Origin: Octopus bimaculoides
Lineage: Eukaryota
Assembly (NCBI RefSeq): GCF_001194135.2
Contig: NC_068981.1
Location: 172,993,333-173,057,332, forward strand
Reading direction: 5' to 3'
DNA: 64,000 bases
The position numbers and the translations under genes were made by a program. The notes under the pieces were generated by a model. That model was not told the origin of the DNA. It made no database searches and saw only the letters and a list, made by a program, of their open reading frames with translations. Shown here piece after piece: positions 1 to 12,900 of this stretch; the first letter of the stretch is position 1; each line of letters starts with the position of its first letter.

Positions 1-1599
1 CTTTTAAAGATTCCCTCCTGTTCACATTTCATATTTGCCTCTCCAAGACTACTGCTCAGTGACTTTAGATTTTTAAAGAACCTTTAAAACAAACTAAAAG
101 TCAATATAACTTTAAAAAAATCAACAAACTAACAACTGCTCCTCCTCCAAAATAATATTTTATGTCAAAATATGAGATGATCATGATTGAAAAAAAAACT
201 TTTAATGAGGTTATGCTTGACCAAGGCTGGCATGGAGCTAAGCAACAAAATCTAACTAAAAATAGTTTGATCACCCACTTAGTTTGCTCCCACATTCTTG
301 CTCCTTCAATCTTCCAGAGAAATTTGGCAAAGTAAAACAGGACCAGTTTCAGACCCTGAAGGAGTTTGTGAGAAGGCTCTCTAAATTCAAGGGAGCTATG
401 AGGTTTACTGTTTTTTCAGTAAGGGCTTGCAGGCTTCACTTTGGCTTACCAAGGTCCAGACAGATGTACTGGCTAAACACCCTCTCCTGTCTCTTATAGA
501 CTCTCCTCATTCTAAATACTTCCATCCAAATCCCTTTTTCTTTTTCATTTCCTTTATGTTGATATATTCATTTCCCTGCATTGTTTATTATCTGCTCTTT
601 TAAGACAGTAAGTGGGCAGAATCATCAACATTCCTTCCATCAAGATTGACCATGCCTTTCCTCATTTGAGGGTTGATAGAATAAGTAACCAGCTGAGCAT
701 TGAAGTTAACATAATCAACTTTTCTCCACTTCTAAAATTGCTGGCTTTGTGTCAAAATTTGAAACAGAGGGCTGCAAGCTGGCAGAATTATTAGCATGTC
801 AGACAAAAGCATTTCTTTCAGCTCATTATGTTCTGAATTCAAATTCTGCCAAGGTCAACTTTGCCTTTCATTCTTTCAGATTCAATAAAATAATGTACCA
901 GTCAAGTACTGAGGTTGATGTAACTAACCCCTCTCCTCAAAATTGCTGGCCTTGTGCTAAAATTAGAATCATTAACAACTCTATTCTTTCCTTATCCTTT
1001 CTCCCTCCATTTTCATTTTATATATATCCTTTTCCCTCATTTTTTTATATATTTCTATGACTATCTCTTCCCTTAGTAGCCATATAAACTTGCAACCCTT
1101 TCTCAGTAAACCATCTCAGGAGAGATGTGACTTTTACAGCCACAGCAAAATAACATACCTAAGAGATGTCACCTCTATTCTGCTGATGACTAGACTAGCC
1201 TAGAGGAATACTTTGGTTCATAAGTCTGCTCAATTAGAGCTGGCTTTGGAATAAACAATACTTCCAATCCAACAAGAGTTAACAGTCCAGGAGAGATGTA
1301 GTCCCAACAGCATCCTTGCCTCACTAAACTCTTCAATCTCTCTATATAGGAGCATATCCAGTTTTAGAAAATGCACTACAGAATGTTTATAGCTAAAATG
1401 GGCAATTTCTCTGACCTTACAAATGAGAGACATTCTCACTTCCAGTATTTCAAAACCTACTGGAAAAATGTGTTAAACATTTCTTTCCTCACTATGAATC
1501 CACTCCCCTCTTTCATTTTGAATTAATCAGCAATGACTCCCTGTTACTCCACATTTATATTCCTCCAGATTCATATGTTGTTTTTCAAACTTCAGCATT

Positions 1600-2900
1600 T
1601 ACATCAGGCATTTGAATATTACTTCCTATAATGAAAACATCAATTTGATTTCATCTCCTTCTCAAGTCATCATCCTTGAGAAATTTAATAAACAAAACTC
1701 CTCCTACACTGACCACCCACATAGTTCATGTATTGAAGATCCACTTGGTTCTTTGCACTTAAGAATTTTAATAAAGAGAGGCTGTACTTTATCTTCAACA
1801 AAACCTTTTGACAGTTTATGACATAAGAAACTTCTAAACAAGTGACATATCTGTAGGTTTCATCTATCTCTTTATAATTAATCAAAAACTTCTTATCAAA
1901 TGGCATCATTGCTGTGTTTACCAGAAGGACTCGCTCAATCCTCATTCAAATCTGTTCTAGCACCCAGGCATTCCTCATACTCAACCTAAACACAGCACAC
2001 CAGACTTCCATGAACAAAGAAGACCTTGAAAACATCAATGGAAACATTATGACCTAATTTCCCTTAAACATACTAGGATACAATCACTAAACATACCAAG
2101 GAAATGGTCCCATACTCCACCTGAACAAAATAACACCTTCAAATTCACTATAAACAGCAAGTTATATATGTGGTTGCCCTGCAGGATAGTATATATGATT
2201 GCCAAAACTACTACATCAAAGACTAAGTTGCTTCTTAAGGACCAGAAAATACTTCAGTCTTGATTAGTTGATAAAGTATGCTCCAGAATGCAGTGCTGCT
2301 ACACATACACACTTCTCAGATTATCAATCAGTTGAATGATCATTTGGATGTAAAGATTAATTCAGCAACATACTTGAAACACTAACTCACATTGCTGTTT
2401 CTGCCTATTCAATTGCAATTATAATGGCTTCTGCACCACTTTCTTCACATAGGCCCATTCATCCCACTTACCTTACCAAACATATAGCTCTCCCCATCCA
2501 AAAAACTGCAACATAATCCTACATATAAAGCCAAACATAATATGGAACTAAACAACAATGGTTGCATGATCTCTGGTCATATTTGGAATGTTGAACATAA
2601 AAGCTACCCCCTCAAACATTTCAATCAGCAACCAGTATTCACTAATTTTGCTAAACCAGAACTAAATGAGAACACTCAACAATACAGATATACTTGACCA
2701 GTGATGAACAAAACTATTAACCCACATCAAAACCTTTCCTTAAACTGACTAGAAATTGTTGGACACCTGAAAAATGCATCATGATATTTGACATTCCTCA
2801 CTAGAGAATTTTTTCCACTAGCAACCACAGTCTATAACCAAAAATGTTATTTCAAAAATGGTTCATAAGCAAACATATCATATTCTGCAGATTTCCTAGC
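1600..2900 (+). mobile_element. Highly decayed LINE/Penelope-like debris
   Basis: Short motif traces only (VIILEKFN...TDHP endonuclease-like; TTVYNQK near 2830); many stops. Confidence 0.3.
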
Positions 2901-3062
2901 TGAAAATCAAAATGAGGAGAAAGAGAAAGGTCCTGACTATTACTTAGAAATAGTAACAAGGACACTTCAAATTTATCTTCAACCTGTTAATTTTTATAAA
3001 CAGGTTGAAAATTAATTCAAAGTTTAATCATCATTGTAAGCATCTGAAGTATAAAAATAGCT

Positions 3063-3232
3063 TTTATTTTTTAAAGTATTTGACATCAGTAATAGCTCAG
3101 TTTAAGTTTGACAGTGACAAACTTTCAGTTGACCAGTTACATTTCATGGCTTATTGTAATTTTTGTATATTAAAAAAAGTATAGTATTCTTGATGATGTT
3201 CAACTCTTGCACTTTAGAGCAAATATTTTATT
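3063..3232 (-). terminator. Candidate polyadenylation signals (AATAAA at 3232-3227 and 3068-3063) ending the 3' UTR
   Basis: TTTATT on + strand about 575-740 nt past the stop; AATAAA is common in AT-rich DNA. Confidence 0.3.
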
Positions 3233-3807
3233 GGCATAGAAAAGATTAAAAGTTAGGAAACATTTGAATTCGAATGAGCATCATTTTAAGAAGTTATCAA
3301 AGGTACAAGATCAAAATAATATTTCATAAAAGAAGCAAAATTCAGTTTGAACTTAAAATTTACTTTAGCTAGTCCTTTTCCATGAGGTAACCATGTTAAT
3401 CTGTTAGACAAGTTCTCTCCTCTAAATGGCAGGCACACAAATGTAATATATTTGAACAAAACAGTAAAAATGTTTAAGAAACTAAACTTTTATGAAGTGC
3501 TGGAAAAACAATTTAAAATTGCAATTGAATTATTTTCTTGATTACATTTTATTTTGATCGTCTTGTTTTTGTTATCTTTTGTTGTTTTTTAAACTAAAAT
3601 ATAATCTTTGTGATAAAGAAGCTCTTACAAAAACCAGTAAAATTATTTTTTTATTACGTAATTATGCAATTCAATTTCTTATATGTTTGTGTTGAAAAAG
3701 GAAGCCATGTTAACATGTCATTTCGTTCAGCAGACAAGCCAGGTCTAATAATGAAAGCAAACTAGAGAAGGCACTTGCAGTTTCATAATTTACTTAAATT
3801 TTTCATG

Positions 3808-3901
3808 TTAATCTTCAAAAGGAAGGTTGATGCAATGCTGAAAATCAAATGGTTGGAAATTGTATCCATTTCCAGCATAAAATTTATTCTGAAATTCAAC
3901 C
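3808..3901 (-). CDS. ATP6V0A1: V0a last coding exon (W-VEFQNKFY...PFED*, 94 nt incl. TAA)
   Basis: Acceptor TTTAG|G; stop TAA at 3810-3808. Confidence 0.96.
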
Positions 3902-6900
3902 CTAAAAAAGAAAAGAAAAGTTATCATAAATTTCATTACAAAATATTTTATATAATTCACTTTAGCTAAACTTGAAACCTAATTTCAATTATTCAGACAT
4001 CAAAATTTCTTTGGTTTCCCCTTGTGTACAGCTCAAAATAACTGAGAAAGCCTCATAATATTTACATATAATTTTTTTTATACATTGTTTTAGCATATGA
4101 CCTAAAAGAATGTGTTTTAGGTAACAAATTGGCTGAGTGATATGTTGCATCATATTCCGACTTCTTGCATTCTGAGTTCAAATCTCAATGTGATCAATTT
4201 TTACCTTTCATCTTTCTAGGATCAACAAAGTATCAGTCTATAACAGTGGACTGGTGGAATTGTTAGAGCATCACATGGGATATCTTGCAATATTTGTTCA
4301 GGGCCTTTGCATTCTGAATTCAAAATTCACCACAGCATACATGATAGACTTAATCCACAGCCCAGTTTAACACCACTACCTGGTCCTGCATGGGTGCCTT
4401 TGGTGATGCCTACTTTTTTTGCAAGCATCAGGCTAGATCATAACTAGTTTGAAAATACCTTCCTTTCTCCTGTCAGTCTAAGAGTTTCTAAGAGTAAGGG
4501 AGCATTAGCATTGCTCTTTCCTCCTGACTAAGCAATAAGGGAAAAAAAGCAGCTTGTGATTTTTATAACAAACATATATTCCTTCAGTGAGTGACTATGT
4601 ATATACACAAGCTCACATGCAAGAATACTTAATTGCAATAGCTTCAGAAACAAAACCAACATTGAAACCTACATCATCGAGTTATATAATACTTACCAGT
4701 GTAACCTAAGAGCATGGAGAAAAGCTGAAAGACCTTCCATAATAAGTAATATAGCTATGGTGAGAATTGCCCAAAAAAAGAACACAGCAAAGATGATAAT
4801 ACAACCAAGATATCCAACATTCATTGAAAGACCAATTCTCATCACCATGTTCCATAATACTTCAGATAACTCTGAAAGAATAAAGACATCAGGATTATTA
4901 GTATACAAGACCTAGTAACAAGGTTAAAGTAACACAAATAAACACCAGTAAGACAATCAAAGTAATACATTCATTTACTTGAAACATTTACTCTTACACC
5001 AAAGACAGTAAAAAAAAGAGTATTTAAGATATCACTACTAAACATTTAAAGTGAGAAAAATTGCATGACACATATGAATCAATGAATTCTATATACAAAG
5101 GCTTGCACTATTCAAAATATTAACTGATATATAACCTAAGAGAGAGAGAGAACATGGGCAGTTCATAACAGCACTGAAGATGAATGCGACACAAACAAAT
5201 TCATGGTCCTTCAACTTTTGCACATTTTTTTCTTTAAGGATTGTAATCCCAACATTGCTTTAGAATAGGGTTAGAAATCCTGAGAGGCGAAAGGCTTTAG
5301 GTACCTTGTTAAAAGTTTCAGGAACCATTTACTAACATAGAGATACGAAGTTTCCTTCTTTTCACTCTTTAAGACACTTGCTCCTACTCTTCAAAATACA
5401 ATTATTCACTTTGTTTTATTTGTTTAATTTTAATTACATTCTGCTTAATATTAACTACTACAGGTGAGAGTTGGTGACAGGAAGAGCCTCTGGCCATGGA
5501 AAATCTGCTATAATAAATTCCATCTGACTCATGCAAGCATGGAAAAGTGGATGTTAAAATGGTAATGACTAATAAATTTAAAACAAATTAGCATACACAC
5601 ATACAGATATACACCCTTCTATCCTAGACTATCTGAGGATACACACAGACACACATGAAAATATAAATGGCCAAGTGGCAAGAACAATGAACAACCTGTG
5701 AAGAGGTTGCTGGTTCAAATCTATTCATTGGCTTTGTATTATGTCAGTGGCCAAGACACTTAACACCTAGTTAGCTATAAAAAAGTATTGTTCCACAGGA
5801 TCAAATTGCTGCTCCATACAGCAGCAGTATTTAAAACTGATTCAATTATTAAGAAAAGCAAAGAAACATCACACCAGCATAATACTTCTTATAATGACAA
5901 TGTGAAAACAAGGGCATGGCCACAACTAATAGGGCTAAGAAACTGATAACACATACACACACATACAGAATTTGAACAGAAATTTATATTTACCTGCATG
6001 AGCCAAACTTAAAGCCCAGAGTCGAAGATATGATGCAGTATTTGAAATACAGCCTAAACAGTACTCAATTGTGTGTATACATTGATGTACAAATATATCA
6101 CCAAAATTGAACTGCAAAAGAAATAGAATTACAATTTCAGAATGACTGTCATGCAAGACAATATAGATAATATGGTAGTTCATGAAGGAGTCATACCCAA
6201 TGACTGGTGTAGCAGCACCATAGTCAACTGCTACAAGGAGAAAGGTGATGCTTTAGATAGAAATAATTACAGAGGTATCAAATTATTGGATCGGGTGATG
6301 AAAATTACAGAGAGGGTCGTAGCCCAACTAATTAGGGAGAGAGTTAGCCTAGATGAGATGCAGTTCTGTTTAGTGCCAGGAAGAAGCAGCAATGATACTA
6401 TATTTCTGGTAAGGTTACCACAGGAGAAATATCTAGCCGAAGATAAACCTTTGTACTTGGCTTTTGTTGACTTGGGGAAAGCCTTTGACAGTCCCCAATC
6501 CCTTATCCGGTGGACAATGCAGAAACTGGGGATAGGCAAGTGGCTGGTAAGAGCTGTACAAGCCCTGTACAAGGATGATGTCAGTAAGGTGAGGGTTGGC
6601 AACGAGTATAGTGAAGAATTTCAAGTAGAAGTAGGGGTTCACCAAGGATCAGTCTTCGGTCCCCTCTTATTCATTACAGTCCTCCAGGTAATAACAAAGG
6701 AATTCAAGACAGGCTGCCCCTGGGAGCTCCTCTATGCTGATGACCTTGCTCTAATAGCTGAGTCACTGCCAGAACTGGAGATGAAGTTTGGGGTGTGGAA
6801 GCAAGGTCTAGAATTGAATGGCCTAGCAAAAATCAAAGTCTTAGTAAGTAGGAAAGCTGTCAAATCACAATCCACTTCGGGTAGATGGCCCTGCATGATC

Positions 6901-9900
6901 TGTAGAAAAGGTGTGGGTAGAAACTCCATTTGATGTATCCAGTGTAAGCTATGGACACATAAAAGATGCAGCAATATCAAAGCAAAGTTGACCAGGAAAA
7001 TAGTTTTGTGTGTGGCAGATGCACTGGGGCAGTAAACACTGAAGATGTACAGAAAACAGATTCCATCACATGCTAGTGGGCGAAACTAGAAGTAGTTAAT
7101 AGCTTCTGTTACCTAGGCGACCAAGTCTGTAGTGGGGGAAGTTGCTTTGAGAGTGTAGCGACTAGAGTAAGAATGGCCTGAGCAAAGTTCAGGGAGCTCC
7201 TACCTCTGCTGTTAACTAAGGGCCACTCGCTCAGGGTGAAAGGTAGACTGTATGATGCATGTATGCAAACAGCCATGTGACACAGCAGTGAAACATGGGC
7301 CATGACTGCTAAGGACATGCATAGGCATGAAAGAAATGAAGCTAGTATGATCTGCTGGATGTGTAATGTTAGTGTGCATACACAACAAAGTATAAGTGCC
7401 CTGAGAGAAAAGTTGGGCATAAGAAGCACCAAGTGTGATGTGCAAGAGAGGTGACTATGCTGGTATGGCCATATGTTACATATGAATGAAAACAGCTGTG
7501 TGAGGAAGTGCCACTCCCTAACTGTAGAAGGAACTTGTGGAAGAGGTAGACCCAGGAAGACATGGGATGAGGTGGTGAAACATGACCTTCGAACATTGGG
7601 CCTCACAGAGGCAATGACGGGACCTTTGGAGATATACTGTGATTGAGAAGACCCAACAACTAAAGTGAGATCACAGCCATGCATGTCCAGCCCTGTTAAG
7701 AATACCCCTGATGTGTTGGGTGATATCATATGCTTGAGAAGACCTGTTGAGTCAAGTAAAACCAATATCATAGCTGGGGCCGGTGCCTCTGACTGACTCC
7801 CGTACCAGTGGCACGTAAAAAGCTTCATCCGAATGTGGTCGATGCCAGGTCCGCCTGACTGGCCCCTGTGCCGGTGGCACGTAAAAAGTACCAACCAATC
7901 ATGACGAATGCCAGTACTCACTGACTGGCTCCTGTGCCGGTGGCACGTAAAAAGCACTATCCGAATGTGATTGTTGCCAGGCCTGCCTGACTGGCTCCTG
8001 TACCAGTGGTACATAAAAAGCACCCATTACACTCTCAGAATGGTTGGTGTTAGGAAGGGCATCCATCTGTAGAAACAGTGCCAGATCAGATTGGAGCCTG
8101 GTGCAGCCGCTGGCTTTCCAGACCTGAATCAAACTATCCAACCTATGCCAGCATGGAAAATTGACATTAAACAATGATGATGATGAATGCAGATAAAGGT
8201 ACAATGGCTAAACTATTAGATATTACCTACTTAAAAATTCATGATAGAATCACATCATTTCATTAACTCTTTTCATATCAGTCCTCCATTCTTTCTTAAT
8301 ACAAAAAAAAAACTACAAAAGTGTTTAAGCATCCATGCCTTTAAAACTAACCCTCATAAATTTATGCAAGAATATTGCTAGTTTGTTCCAAACACTAGAT
8401 TAAAGTTATTTTACCGAATTCCTCTAAATTATTGATAATTTAAAAAATCAACTGATACACAGAGACAATATATTTTCTTAGAAATCTGTCTAGTACAGAG
8501 AGAAAACAGGGTAACACCATAGTAGGATGGTAAGATGGGGTAGTAAGCTAAGAGAAGTAAAGCTAAGTTAGGAGGAATAAACAGGTAGAAGGAAGTGATA
8601 CTTGAGAAGTTAGCAATAAGCTAACTTCTCAATTAGATGGGGAAACCTTATACTTAGAAATATGGTCACAAAATGGTTTAAAATATTTTGATACAGAACT
8701 TCTTTTATATTTTCTTTTTAAAGAAGAGATTAAGTACTAGAAATGGTAGCATGCTTTAAGTATGATCCTTCATGGTTGAGTTCAATTCCAGCCAATATTG
8801 CCTTTTATAGTTAGGAACAGTCAAGCCTTAGGATATTCATGATTCAACACAGGCAGGCAGGAACTCAGAGTAAATTGTCAACTTTTGAGACCATATAAAA
8901 TTAGTATCTTTAGATATACTCAAAAATAATCCAAGAAAAGAGAAAAATAAACCAAGATTTTTTTCCTCCTTTCGAAGTTTGTATGAGAAGTAATAGAGTA
9001 GTTTTTGTCTACAATATAGTAATATATTGCTTATTGTGAATTTCTTATGCTGAGAATTAATCATATGTAAAATGGGATTGCTATTTAATGACCTAATGAA
9101 TGTACTTCTATGTAACCATTTGGAATGCTAGAAATACCAGCAAAATCTCCTTCAAAAATCATTCTCTACAAGCTTAAAAAAAAAGAGATTACATTAATAA
9201 CAGTCCCTATTATTAAAGAGACACCTGAAATAAAATGAGATCATCATGGCTGGAATGCCTTTGATCAGGGATCAATTGATTCAGAGTTCACCTGAGGTTA
9301 AATAATAACAAGGTCATTCTGGAACGTATATTCTATGTTTCTTCTCCAAAACAAACAATTCAAACTGAACATTATATGAATGTTTATTACTTAAATGTTC
9401 TTAAATCCCAACCAAGGAGATTTTTTTTTAAATGCTGACTAACCCTCTCTAAGAGATAGTAGAATACATAAAAACTCAAAGGAAAGGTGATTCAAATAAC
9501 AATTTAAATTAAAAGTTGTTTCATAAATTTTATACATATATATATGTGTGTATGTATAAATAAATAAATACAAACCTCGGGAAGTTCACTCTGTGAATGT
9601 ACTGACTCAGAAGAGACTTCTACTTGTTCATCAACATTTATAACATAGTTGCCTGCTGCATCATCCTGAAATAGCAAAACCACAATGATTAGTCATATAA
9701 AGAGGAGGGCTTGAATTGATAAATGCATTTAAGATTATGGTTATGTGGGTGGGTGTGGGTGTATTGTGTGGAGGATATAATGTCATGCATGTAATTTAAT
9801 GAATGTAATGTATGCATGCTATGCAATGTGCGCTATGCAATATATGTAACGCTGCGTGGTGTGTGCTGTGTGTTGTGTCATGCATGCACGTCGTGCATAT

Positions 9901-12900
9901 ATGTAGTGTATGTATGTATGTAATGTATGTAATGTATGTATATCATGTGTGTATGTCATGTAAAGTATGTTGTATATGCAATGTATGTTGTGTATGCAAT
10001 GTATGTCATGTATGCAATGTATGTCATGTATGTACGTATGTATGTAATATGTGTGTGTGCCCCCTTCTCAACATCTCACAATGGTTGTAAACAAATATCA
10101 ACATCATGTAAGTGATGTCATTCATTTCCAATCTTATCTGAAAAACATGTCTAACCATGGATAAATATTACCTTGCTTGCAAACAGGCAAAGGATGGCAA
10201 CAGGAAGGGCATCCAGGTGTAGAAAATTCAAATTCCATCTGACCCATACAAGCATGGAAATATAGATGTTAAAAATGATGATCACAATCATGATTATAAT
10301 TACATTTATCCGTGCGTGTGTGTGTGTGTGTATCTCTCTCTTATTAGAAACCCAAAGCCATTGATGCTGTAGTTCACAAATTACAGCATGAAATATAATA
10401 TAATATATAAAGATCAAATTACTATCAATTAACATGAAAATATATACAGCTAATTTCCAAAATTTAATTACTTACATCACAGTTCACGAGACCTCGTTGT
10501 GAAGAGGCAGTTGGTAATTGTCTTCTCTGGAATCAAATTAAAAAGAAAAATTATATTTACAGAAATCCAAAAGTATTTTAGATATTAAAAAAAAAAAAAC
10601 AACTGCTCATCTTAGCTATTTAATATTTTTTATTAATTTTGCACTCTATTAAGCTCATTTTTAGAGATGAGGCATGGCTGTGTGATTAACAAGTTCACTT
10701 CACAACCATGTGGTCTAGGGTTCAATCTCACTGTGTGGCATCTTGGACATCTTCAATAATAGCCTCAAGCCAACCAAGGTTTTATGAGTGTAACTGGTAG
10801 AAGCTGTGTGGAAACCTGTCATGGTCATATGTGTGTGTGTACATATATATATGTCTCATTCTTTCTACTTAACATCTGTTTCGCCATGCTAAACTGAGGC
10901 AGAATTTTTATACAGAAAATGTCCTCTGAAGCTACAGCACAGTATGCACATCTATGTTTTTAACACCACTTGAAAATGAAAAAAAGCAGTCTATGTGTTA
11001 ATGTCTCATAACAGCCATGTAATAATATAAATCACTAAAACAGATACCAGACTTGAAGTAAGTACTGACATCAATATGAAGAATTAAAACCCTTCACGTT
11101 AGTGCTCCAATGTGGCTACAGTTTAATGACTGAAACAAGTAAAAGAACAAAATAAAAGTAGAAGAGGTTAAGAGCCAAAAAAATTATAGTCTTATAAATA
11201 ATCTTAATAACTAATAGTTATTAATCTTAATAACTATTATCATCCAAATATTTCAGTTTGTCAATTTATTTTACCCATTTTCCTTTATGAAAAAGCATAG
11301 ATGGGTTTATTGTACATCCCACATTTTGAGAACATTAGTTTCATTGGTTATAGAGATCCAACAAGCCGATCTCTGGTTCACTGCAAATATGATGGCAAGA
11401 GTGACAAAAAAAAAACTGTGTTACATGAATGGAATGGTACTGCACAGTGGAGTTGAAGCTGGAAGTATGTAGTTGTGAAGCAAACTTCTTAACCACACAG
11501 CCATGCCTATGACCATATGGATTGGCAGATTACTGTTATGTTTATTGTGAAGACACTAAGTTCTCAATGGCAGAGATCATCTTGCTATAAATACCACAGT
11601 GGTATAATTCACCAACTGTAAACATCATCAATATTGCAGAATTGTACTGTATCAAAGTAGATCAGTTATAGTGTCTGTTGCATGTGTCTTATCAGTAGTG
11701 TTACATCGTATACACGGCTAAAACACTTAACTTTTACTGGTTCAGTCAAGTGAGTTATAAATAAATACTATGAGAGGGTGAAGTTCACCATTGTAATTGA
11801 TAAGTGCTTTCTTATCATGATGTACAAAATTCAGGTCCTTTTATAGATTGGAGATGGTGAGGATCTGCCATGTTGACATCATTCTTACATGCAAAAAAGG
11901 TCTTTGAATGGTGTCTCTTCATCACTACCACTACACTACCAACTGATTTCAAACAAATATAATCTTATACTAAGGATATTCTTTAAAGCATACCTTCATT
12001 GCAGACTGATGTTTAAACCATATTATAAATGGCTTTATCAATAACATCCATGGAACACATATGAATGCAAGTACCACCAAAATGGTCTGTATATTTGTCT
12101 AAAATGAAACAGAAAAATAGAATAACATGTAAATAATCAGTAATATGAACAATAAAACAATGATGAAATTGTACATAAAATTGCTTCATATAAAAAAATG
12201 AAATGATTAATCTAGAGAAATATGCATGTATATGCATATACATAGTCTTGTGTGCACTGACATGCAAACTGAATAACATGTAGTCACATTCAACTTCCCA
12301 TAATTTTTCCTTATTACACAAAACCTAGATTAAAAAACTAAATTTTCTAATTTTAATTTTCTTTTTAAATTACTGTATTTATGTCATGCTCTTTTGTGAG
12401 AAACTTCAATATTTCAGAAAAAAATCAAAAGTGCAATTAATGACATGAGGTTACAAAAACTTGTGCAAAAAATTTTGTTATCACAACCAGGAACTATTAA
12501 AAATAACACATATTGTATATGTGAGCATGGCCATCATACAATATATTACTTTATTTTACATTGAATATGAACTAAGCCATGAAACGTTATTCTAGGTTTG
12601 GTCATTTAAGCTTGCTGACTAGCAGCAAAACACGTTGGGAAGGTGTGGGTGAGTAGTATACAATGAGGAGTTAAAGATAATTGGTAGAAACGATGGTGGG
12701 AGAGGGTTGATAACAAAATTTGAAAGAAACAAGTAGAGAGAGAGAGACGCTCAGGAGAGGAAAGAAAGAAAAGAAAATGGATGATAATGATATATAGAAA
12801 AGGTTTGTTACAAGCAAGTTGACTATAAGTAACAGCTAAATCTCACTCTTCCATCTTAAAAATGGAATGACACATTAGATAATATAATCCTAGATATATT

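Noticed and set aside
7789-8021. CRISPR array
   Set aside because: Eukaryotic intron, inside a LINE 3' UTR, spacers related to each other, no cas genes or leader; kept as a repeat finding instead.
7109-8023. 304-aa minus-strand ORF with repeated LFTCHRHR motifs
   Set aside because: Antisense reading of the LINE and its 66-bp array; a period divisible by 3 explains the peptide repeats.
11312-11410. Exon-like segment with a good acceptor in the intron after coding exon 17
   Set aside because: It starts with TGA in the required phase, has a poor donor and shows no homology.
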